The notes under the pieces were generated by a model. It did no database searches, was not told the DNA's origin, and saw nothing but the letters and a program-made list of their open reading frames with translations. Made by a program: the position numbers and the translations under genes. Below are positions 27,785 to 34,840 of a stretch of 43,688 nucleotides of DNA, one piece after another (the first letter of the stretch is position 1; each line of letters opens with the position of its first letter). Source of the DNA: Alphaproteobacteria bacterium (GTDB taxonomy: Bacteria > Pseudomonadota > Alphaproteobacteria > UBA9219); NCBI GenBank assembly GCA_049697595.1, contig JBAVWC010000001.1, forward strand, positions 1 through 43,688. Reading direction: 5' to 3'.

Positions 27785-29037
27785 AACGCCGCCCGTTGAA
27801 TTAATGTTTTCGCCGAAGGATATTCGCCGCGATTGAGTAATAGAGAACGGGCAAAAATCAGCGCGCGGCGTTCGCATGCGGCGCGGGTTGCAATATCAGC
27901 GATGCTTTCGAAATCTTCGACATGCGCGAGCCCCAGAATGCGGCGGATCATTTTTAGTCCGGCGAAACCGAGCGTGTCTTGCCATATCACATCGAGACGC
28001 TGCTTGATGACTTTGTCGCTGATTTCCACACGTGGCGCAAAAACGTCGCCGCCGGGATGTGCGCCGTCGCGTTTCTTCCATAAATCCGTGAATGAGGACG
28101 CGAAAACGTCCCACAGCACGACGATCTGTTCCGACATCCATTTTTCATAGGCGTCGCGCTCGCCCGGCTGTTTGGCGTGGCCTTGTTGCGAGAAAGATGC
28201 CAGAAGGAAATTGGCTATCAAAGCGCCGACATCGAACCCCATAGGGCCGTAGAAAGCGAATTCGGGATCAATAACACGCGTATCTTTTTCGGTTAGCATA
28301 ACGGAGCCTGTGTGCAAGTCTCCGTGCAGCATAGCCTCGGCGTGATTGAGGAATTTCCATTTCATTTCTTGCGCTGCTTCTTTAAGGGCCACATCTTTTT
28401 GGAAAGACTGCGCGATATCTTCCAGACCCGCCGTATGCCAGTTCATCGGGGCTTGATAATAGGGTTCGTCAAAAATCAAATCTTCGCTGATTTTGCACAT
28501 CGCCGTGTTGTCGGCGAAGTAAGCCAGATTTTTCTTTTTGTCTGCCGCTGGCAGGTTCAAATCCGACGTATGATAAAGCGTGAGCGCAAGAAATTCGCCG
28601 AGATGCCGCGCCATATCGGGATAGATTATTCCTTGAATAAGCCCTTTGCGCAGGATGATGTGGGGGGTGAGGCACTCCATAACCGTCAGCGCCATATCCG
28701 CATCGTGATGATAAAGCGCGGGAACATATTGCGGCGCGTATTGGGCCTGCTGGCGCAAAGCCGCATATTCGAAATGAGCGCGCGACAAAGGCAAAGGCCA
28801 GCTTTCGCCGACCATACGCACATAAGGCAAAGCCTGTTTGGCGCAAACCTTCCCTTGAGGGCCGCTTACGACAAAGACGAGATTGAGGTTGCCGTCGCCG
28901 ATTTCATTGACCGTCCACGCGCTCTTATTCCCGCCAAGTCTGGATGCTACATCGGGGATGGAAGCTAGATAATCGGGCAGCGTTTCAAACGTGAGCGCTT
29001 GATAAATGTTTTCCCTGATCGCTTGAACTGGCTTCAT
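27781..29037 (-). CDS. mtnK: 5-methylthioribose kinase
   Basis: 418 aa. EIGDGNLNLVFVV, HGDLHTGSVM and IDPEFAFYGPMGFD are the APH/MtnK kinase signature. Confidence 0.9.
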   Translation of the reverse strand: MKPVQAIRENIYQALTFETLPDYLASIPDVASRLGGNKSAWTVNEIGDGNLNLVFVVSGPQGKVCAKQALPYVRMVGESWPLPLSRAHFEYAALRQQAQYAPQYVPALYHHDADMALTVMECLTPHIILRKGLIQGIIYPDMARHLGEFLALTLYHTSDLNLPAADKKKNLAYFADNTAMCKISEDLIFDEPYYQAPMNWHTAGLEDIAQSFQKDVALKEAAQEMKWKFLNHAEAMLHGDLHTGSVMLTEKDTRVIDPEFAFYGPMGFDVGALIANFLLASFSQQGHAKQPGERDAYEKWMSEQIVVLWDVFASSFTDLWKKRDGAHPGGDVFAPRVEISDKVIKQRLDVIWQDTLGFAGLKMIRRILGLAHVEDFESIADIATRAACERRALIFARSLLLNRGEYPSAKTLIQRAAL

Positions 29038-29726
29038 TGCATCATTCCTTTGAGGATTGGGGAGTTGAAGTCGGATATTTTGGGGTGACTGCCGTCATCT
29101 GTGGTATTGCCGTCGCGGTCGAGCAGAACGGTGGAAAAACCAGCAGACCACGCGGCATTTAGTTCTCCGACATGATCCGATAAAAACAAAATATGCTCTG
29201 GCTTCTTGTTGAGCTTGGTGGCGATATGCATATAGGAATCCGACTCCAGCTTGCCGCCGATGCCTGTATCGAAGTAATCGAGAAATAGCGGAGTCAGATC
29301 GCCGTAAGTTGTGTGCCCGAAAAGTAGCTTCTGCGCCAATATCGAGCCCGATGAATAGACGTAAAGCGGGATATGCGCGGCGTGCCATTGTTTTAATGTG
29401 GTCGCCGCGTCCTCATAAATATGTCCCTTCAAAACCCCTTGCTTATAGCCGTCTTCCCAAATCATTCCTTGCAGGGTTTTCAGTGGGCCGATTTTTTTAT
29501 CATTTGCGGCCCAATTCAGAAGAACCGCGATGCATTCCTGCACGGTCATATCTGGGGCGTTTTCTATCTTGCGCACCTCATGCAAAATTTCCTGAATCTG
29601 CGGCGTTTGGGCACGCTGAGTGACGAAATCGGCGAGCTTGCTGTTTGCATAAGGGAACAAGACATCCTTGACGAAAGAAAGAGAGCTCGTCGTGCCTTCG
29701 ATGTCGGTGACAATAGCCTCGATCAT
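29034..29726 (-). CDS. mtnC: Enolase-phosphatase E1 (HAD family)
   Basis: The N-terminus IVTDIEGTTSSLSFVKDVLFPYA is typical of MtnC. 4-nt overlaps with both neighbours. Confidence 0.85.
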   Translation of the reverse strand: MIEAIVTDIEGTTSSLSFVKDVLFPYANSKLADFVTQRAQTPQIQEILHEVRKIENAPDMTVQECIAVLLNWAANDKKIGPLKTLQGMIWEDGYKQGVLKGHIYEDAATTLKQWHAAHIPLYVYSSGSILAQKLLFGHTTYGDLTPLFLDYFDTGIGGKLESDSYMHIATKLNKKPEHILFLSDHVGELNAAWSAGFSTVLLDRDGNTTDDGSHPKISDFNSPILKGMMQ

Positions 29727-30280
29727 GCGGCCTCTTGCTGGCCGAGCTTGGGGAAATGATCGGCGATTTTGTTCTCCGTGTAATTGGCGACCCAGCCTTC
29801 GATATTCGTAAAAAACCGAATGGCCGCCAGATGCGGTTTATCGCCCAGATCGAACCAATGCTTCACGCCGTCGGGCACGCTTATCAGATCGCCGCGTTCG
29901 CAAAGAACCATATACACGTGGCCTTCTACATGAAGATAAAACATGCCGGAACCGTCCACAAAAAACCGCACTTCGTCTTCGGTGTGAGTGTGTTCGCTGA
30001 GAAATTTATTTCTCAGCTCGACGCGTTTCGGGTTGTCGGCGAGAACGCGGATGATGTCGATCGATTGATAACCGCCGTCTTTCTTGATGCGCTCGATCTC
30101 GTCGGCATAGGCGGCGATAATCGAGGCGTCATCCGCCTGCAAAGATAAATCGACTTGCGTGTTCCATTTTTCAAAGCGAATGCCTGCGCTTTTCAATTTT
30201 TCCGCAATCGCGGCGTGATCGTTGCTTTGCCAAAGATGCAGGGCGGCGTTGTCGTCTTTATAAACGGTTAGATGTGACAT
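29723..30280 (-). CDS. mtnD: Acireductone dioxygenase (ARD, cupin)
   Basis: 185 aa. EHTHTEDEVRFFVDGSGMFYLH and the cupin His pattern. Confidence 0.9.
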   Translation of the reverse strand: MSHLTVYKDDNAALHLWQSNDHAAIAEKLKSAGIRFEKWNTQVDLSLQADDASIIAAYADEIERIKKDGGYQSIDIIRVLADNPKRVELRNKFLSEHTHTEDEVRFFVDGSGMFYLHVEGHVYMVLCERGDLISVPDGVKHWFDLGDKPHLAAIRFFTNIEGWVANYTENKIADHFPKLGQQEAA

Positions 30281-30284
30281 GAGA

Positions 30285-30884
30285 TTATCTCCTCAATTCC
30301 AGTTCGCAGGCTAGCATGAATTCGGTCGCCTCGACGACACGGCGAGCTTCCATCATCGTTTGGCCCCAACCGTAGAGACCGTGGCCACGGATAAGATAGG
30401 CGGGCACGCCCTTGCCGAGGATTGGATCAACGAGGGTCTGAAGTTCCTGCATATCTTGCGTGTTGTCAAAAATCGGGATCTCGATCTCTGTCTCATGCGT
30501 CTTGATATTTGGATAGGCTTTCAGGAGTTCGTAATCGCGCAGCTTTGCGGCCTTCAGGGTCGGCTGGCTTTTTGTGTATATTGTCGCGGTTTGCGAGTGC
30601 GTGTGAAGAACGGCGCGACAATCGGGGCATGCGGCATAAATGCCGACATGCAAAAGAGTTTCGGCGGAAGGCTTGCGTTGATCGATGGGGACGCCCGCTT
30701 TATCGATAAGCATGATGTCGTCTGGGGTCAGCTCGCCCTTTTCAGCGCCTGAAACGGTAATGGCGATGCGACCGTCGGAGAGGCGCATCGAGTAATTGCC
30801 GCTCGTCGCGGGAGCCCAGCCTTTGGTCGCCAGAAAACGCCCGGCGGAGATAATCTCGGCAACGATTGTGTCGTCATTCATCAT
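30285..30884 (-). CDS. mtnB: Methylthioribulose-1-phosphate dehydratase (class II aldolase/adducin fold)
   Basis: 199 aa. GWAPATSGNYSMR and VLHTHS motifs. Lies within the mtn operon. Confidence 0.85.
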   Translation of the reverse strand: MMNDDTIVAEIISAGRFLATKGWAPATSGNYSMRLSDGRIAITVSGAEKGELTPDDIMLIDKAGVPIDQRKPSAETLLHVGIYAACPDCRAVLHTHSQTATIYTKSQPTLKAAKLRDYELLKAYPNIKTHETEIEIPIFDNTQDMQELQTLVDPILGKGVPAYLIRGHGLYGWGQTMMEARRVVEATEFMLACELELRR

Positions 30885-30913
30885 GTGACTCCCCTCCCCG
30901 TTTTATGTGAGGA

Positions 30914-31492
30914 TTAAAGCGTGTTAAGCGCGCGGTGCATTACCTGCGCCGCGTCTGCCAATGCTTTTTCCCATGTGTTCGCGGCGTTTCCGTCGGCGCC
31001 GTCCGTTATATATTTCAGGCAGCCAAACGGTATGTTTTCCAGCGCGCATATTTTAGCGAGGGCGTAGGCCTCCATATCGATAACATTCCACGGCGCGGCT
31101 GAAGCATCGGTCACGAAATTATCGCCGCTGCCGCACACGGCTTCGGGATAATCGGAAAAGCGCGCGCCATTGACCAAAGGCACAGCGATATCTTCAAAGG
31201 GTGTCGCGTAAGCGGGAGTGCCCAGCGCCGTCGTGTCCATATCGCGCTGGATAAAGCGCGTGCAGTTCGCCAGCGTTCCCGTTTTGAAATGGGGCGAACC
31301 GGCGCTGCCCAAATTCAAAATCATGCCGGGCAACCGCTTGTGCTGGTTCTGCCAATCGGACAGAGCCTTTGTCAGGCGATAGGCCGCGTTGACTTTGCCG
31401 ACGCCGCAATAAATTTTGGGAAACGAGTCAAAGAGTCCCTGCGCTTCATTTTCAAGCGCGAATACGATCAAGACATCCGATTTAAGCGCCAT
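30914..31492 (-). CDS. mtnN: PNP_UDP_1-family nucleosidase, likely MTA/SAH nucleosidase
   Basis: VLIVFALENEAQG, GVGKVNAA, GSAGS, DMEAYALAKIC and IPFGCLKYITDGAD resemble MTAN motifs. It is the first gene of the mtn string. Confidence 0.7.
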   Translation of the reverse strand: MALKSDVLIVFALENEAQGLFDSFPKIYCGVGKVNAAYRLTKALSDWQNQHKRLPGMILNLGSAGSPHFKTGTLANCTRFIQRDMDTTALGTPAYATPFEDIAVPLVNGARFSDYPEAVCGSGDNFVTDASAAPWNVIDMEAYALAKICALENIPFGCLKYITDGADGNAANTWEKALADAAQVMHRALNTL

Positions 31493-31578
31493 ATAAATTC
31501 TCCCGTTGCGCCATAGCGGCGATGCAGCTTAACAAGCCGTAAGATTGATCGATCTTGCTGAGATCTGGCAGCCGCGCG

Positions 31579-31968
31579 TTATGCTTTTTTCGCCGGAGCC
31601 GCTGTTTCGTAATCCGTACGCTCGACTATGCGCGCAGACTTCCCGCGCAGCTTGCGCAGGTAATAAAGCTTTGCACGCCGCACCTTGCCGCGACGAACGC
31701 GCACGATCGACTCGATAACGGGGCTGTAGAGCGGAAACACGCGCTCGACGCCTTCGCTATAGCTAATTTTGCGCACGGTAAAAGCCGAATTGATGCTGGC
31801 ATTTCTGCGCGCGATGCAGACGCCTTCAAAGGACTGAACGCGCTCGCGCGTGCCTTCCACGACTTTGACATTAACGCGGACGGTGTCGCCGATATCAAAC
31901 TCGACAATTTTGGTGACGGCTTTCAGTCTATCGAGCTGTTGCTGTTCAATTTTTTGTAACAAGTTCAC
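31579..31968 (-). CDS. rplS: 50S ribosomal protein L19
   Basis: [11 protein letters not shown]...[33 protein letters not shown]...[24 protein letters not shown] start at 31968 with AGAGG upstream is more plausible than the ATG at 31986. Confidence 0.93.
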   Translation of the reverse strand: MNLLQKIEQQQLDRLKAVTKIVEFDIGDTVRVNVKVVEGTRERVQSFEGVCIARRNASINSAFTVRKISYSEGVERVFPLYSPVIESIVRVRRGKVRRAKLYYLRKLRGKSARIVERTDYETAAPAKKA

Positions 31969-32370
31969 GGCGTAACCTCTGCGCATTTGTGCATCGCTAT
32001 AGGCATTCGTGTACTACTAATAATGCCGATTTTGCAAGCTTGTTTTGCGTTTCGGCTCAATCTTGCGCCTTTTGGCTTGCTCGATCCAATGTCCTCTCTC
32101 GCGCGCTAAATGAACGCTGCGAAATCTTGTTCGTTTTCCGTTTGGAAGCTAAACGAACAGCAAATTTCGAAGGTAAAGGTGATGGTTTTTTGTCTCTTCA
32201 ATGTAAAAAAACATCTTGCAACTAATTTTTGTATTGAATTATCCCAGATTCACTCTACACAGTGTTCCTATGGAAGCGCACGTGCCACTGGCCCAAGGAC
32301 GCGAAGGCATACCACCTTTTTCGTTCCCCACTGGTTTATGTAACGACGCTTTGCCGCTTGAGGCCCGTAA

Positions 32371-32517
32371 ATGGGCTTTGGGATACGTGGTGTGCAGCTA
32401 AAGAGTCTTCTTCGATTGGGCGAGCCAACTTGGTTAATGGCGGCTCAAACGGTCAAAGAAGTAGCCTTGGTTGAGGCAAAGATGGAAGATTTGGGTTGGT
32501 GCCAAACCTCATTTTGA
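32371..32517 (+). other. Candidate leader ORF (48 aa; nested 11-aa version from 32482) in the speH 5' leader
   Basis: The ATG at 32371 has GAGG 7 nt upstream. An in-frame ATG at 32482 has GAGG 5 nt upstream (MEDLGWCQTSF). There is no evidence beyond ORF plus SD geometry. Confidence 0.2.
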
Positions 32518-32675
32518 GCGTTTCCAGCATCAAACTCTTATTCGAGACGAGTCACCTCCCAATGGGAAACGTGGGGTGACGGCGTCGTTCTTTACCTGAA
32601 CATAAGAAGCTCTTATCTGCATTTTTTTTGTGAGTATTGGTGCAGCAGCGCCAATCTCGTTTTAAGGAGAACGAA

Positions 32676-33170
32676 ATGGCTGTAACTTCGCTAGCTGTCA
32701 AAGGCAGAGATCATCAAGTTAATCCGGCCCCCACGAGCCTGATTGCTCATAATACTTATATTCCAGGATCGGAACAGCCTGATCACTTTATGGTTGACGA
32801 AGAAGGCAAGCTGTTCGCCGGTCGTCACGTGATCATTGATCTGTGGGATGTTCCGGGCCCCCTGCTCGCCGATATGGAACTGATCAAAAGCGCATTGGCT
32901 GAGGCAGCCAAAACGTCGGGAGCTACCCTTCTGAACATGGATCTGCATCGCTTTGAACCCAACGGCGGCATTTCCGGCGTTGCCGTTCTGGCCGAATCGC
33001 ACATCAGCATCCACACATGGCCCGAACGCGGCTACGCGGCTATCGACGCCTTTATGTGCGGACAAGCGGTTCCCACGCGATCCATTGGCGTTCTGGAACG
33101 CGCGTTCACGCCCGGCAAGATCGACTTTTACGAGATCAAGCGTGGCGTGGTAGCCGATCAGAATGACTGA
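32676..33170 (+). CDS. speH: S-adenosylmethionine decarboxylase proenzyme (small pyruvoyl type)
   Basis: GRHVIIDLWD and the self-cleavage/active-site block VLAESHISIHTWPE. AAGGAG ribosome-binding site before the ATG at 32676. An alternative internal start exists at 32790. Confidence 0.9.
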   Translation: MAVTSLAVKGRDHQVNPAPTSLIAHNTYIPGSEQPDHFMVDEEGKLFAGRHVIIDLWDVPGPLLADMELIKSALAEAAKTSGATLLNMDLHRFEPNGGISGVAVLAESHISIHTWPERGYAAIDAFMCGQAVPTRSIGVLERAFTPGKIDFYEIKRGVVADQND

Positions 33171-34026
33171 GTATTTTGCCGAAGCACTGGTCGCGGCTCA
33201 TCGTCAACAATTGTTGATTTCCGAGGTCGTTCATCAGGAGTCTTCCCAAACTCAGGAAATTCTGATTTTCAAGAATCCGCTGTTCGGCACGGTTATGACG
33301 CTCGACAAGGTCGTGCAGACTACGACCGGCGACGAATTCATTTATCATGAAATGTTGACCAATGTGCCGATTTTGGCGCACGGCAATGTCAGCCGGGTTC
33401 TGATCATCGGCGGCGGCGACGGCGGCATACTGCGTCATGTTCTTAAGCACAAAAAGATCCTCCACGCGACAATGGTCGAAATCGAACCGCGCGTTATCGA
33501 TCTGACCAAAAAATATATGCCGGAAATTTGCGGAGATGCCTTCGACGATCCGCGCGCCGAAATAATCATCGCCGACGGTTGTAAATTCGTGCGCGAAACC
33601 GCCAGGCATTTCGACGTCGTCATCATAGACTCAACCGATCCCGAGGGCCCCGGCGAAGTTCTCTTTACGCCGGAATTTTATGCCGATTGCAAAAAATGCC
33701 TGACGCCCGGCGGCGTTATGGTCACGCAAAGCGGCGTGCCTTTCTCGCAACCGAAAACCGTACAGATTTCACAGCGCAATCTTGCTCTTTCGTTTGCCGA
33801 CGTCACCTTTTTTGTGGCGACGATACCGACCTACATCTCGGGCCAGATGACGTTGGGGTTTGCGACGGACAATCCTGCCCTCAAACAGGTCGACCTTGCG
33901 ACCCTGCAGGCACGGCAAAAAGAAGCCGGGATGGATGATTGCCGTTATTACACGCCCGCCATTCATCAAGCCGCCTTCGCGCTTCCACGTTATATTGAGA
34001 AGCTGCTACCTCCTTCAAAAAAATAG
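33163..34026 (+). CDS. speE: Spermidine synthase
   Basis: 287 aa. LDKVVQTTTGDEFIYHEML, VLIIGGGDGG, VEIEPRVI and DVVIIDSTDPEGP. Overlaps speH by 8 nt. Confidence 0.95.
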   Translation: MTEYFAEALVAAHRQQLLISEVVHQESSQTQEILIFKNPLFGTVMTLDKVVQTTTGDEFIYHEMLTNVPILAHGNVSRVLIIGGGDGGILRHVLKHKKILHATMVEIEPRVIDLTKKYMPEICGDAFDDPRAEIIIADGCKFVRETARHFDVVIIDSTDPEGPGEVLFTPEFYADCKKCLTPGGVMVTQSGVPFSQPKTVQISQRNLALSFADVTFFVATIPTYISGQMTLGFATDNPALKQVDLATLQARQKEAGMDDCRYYTPAIHQAAFALPRYIEKLLPPSKK

Positions 34027-34825
34027 CATAATTGCCTTATCCTTTCTCGCAGGCGGCGGCCTTTTGCTCACCCTCGGGGATATCATCATGAAGAAATGGG
34101 CCCTCGACCACGGGATGATGTGGGGTGCGTCCGGATTATGCGTTTGGTTTTTGGGATTGCTGTGTTTGGCGGCAACCTTGAAACACACGAATGTCGCGAT
34201 TGCCTCGATCACACTCGTCCAACGGAGGACACTATGCCACCACTACTTCTCGATAACAGCATGCTCAGCAACATTTTTGCCGCCGGTGAACAAGCCGGTT
34301 TGCAAATGTTGAACTGGCTCAACGGAGATTGCTATGAATGATACTATTCCTCCTCTTCCTGAACTTGAGATTGGTGGAGTGACTAAAAAACATGGCCTTA
34401 ACCAAGCAATAATTGACCGCATTTTACGCTTCGTTTACGAAGGCAGGCCTGATTTTTATATGCGCATGGCCAAACTTGAAGGCAGCGGGAATAAGAAAGA
34501 AGGTGATGAATTTGTAAAAGAATTCGACAAGTATCTGCTTGATGAAGTTGAAAAAGAAATGAAAGAAATTGATGTGACTAGCACTTCTGTTTCGGCTTCG
34601 ATCTTCTGGGAAGCTCGGCGTCGCGCAAGACTAATGTACGGGATGACTATCTAATAAATATCTCTGCTTATAGGTCTAAACAAACAACGGAGGATGCCAT
34701 GCCACTATTTCAACGTCGCGACCCTCGCCATTGCCGAATATTTCTTATTCGGCACGCCTGTGACTCCGGCCAAAATTTGCGGCGGGGTGCTGGGATTAAT
34801 TGCCGTTGCGATTATGGAAGCATAG
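33995..34825 (+). pseudogene. Small 4-TM membrane protein gene (SMR / EamA-half / ArnE-F-like) split by a roughly 465-bp insertion
   Basis: N-part: ..IIALSFLAGGGLLLTLGDIIMKKWA..GLCVWFLGLLCLAATLKHTNVAIASITLV, up to about 34219. C-part: HYFNVATLAIAEYFLFGTPVTPAKICGGVLGLIAVAIMEA*, 34703-34825. Both parts are in the same reading frame and together make about 115 aa with 4 TM segments. The N-part frame runs into a stop at 34310-34312. The start codon is uncertain. Confidence 0.5.
34334..34654 (+). CDS. Hypothetical 106-aa acidic/lysine-rich protein inside the inserted cassette
   Basis: The ORF is visibly more AT-rich than its surroundings. It overlaps a 35-aa upstream ORF (34234-34341) by 8 nt. 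No family recognised. Confidence 0.45.
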   Translation: MNDTIPPLPELEIGGVTKKHGLNQAIIDRILRFVYEGRPDFYMRMAKLEGSGNKKEGDEFVKEFDKYLLDEVEKEMKEIDVTSTSVSASIFWEARRRARLMYGMTI

Positions 34826-34840
34826 GCATTCGCAGCCGTC

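Noticed and set aside
32216-32474. ORF-track entries 32110-32343, 32216-32401 and 32262-32474, considered as protein genes
   Set aside because: They are short and mutually overlapping in different frames. They have odd composition (Cys/Trp/Arg-rich) and no ribosome-binding sites. They are more consistent with non-coding leader sequence.
31990-32640. A known structured RNA gene (tmRNA piece, SRP RNA, RNase P RNA, 6S RNA, SAM-II riboswitch) in the large rplS-speH gap
   Set aside because: I could not find the diagnostic conserved motifs of any of these by eye. The only tag-like frame (RANLVNGGSNGQRSSLG) does not resemble alphaproteobacterial ssrA tags. A covariance-model scan (Infernal/Rfam) would be needed to settle this.
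33860-34312. 150-aa ORF taken at face value as one gene
   Set aside because: Its first third overlaps the speE 3' end in another frame. Its last third (QRRTLCHHYFSITACS...) is not membrane-protein-like. Only the middle matches a small 4-TM protein, and the missing C-terminus is found in frame at 34703-34825.
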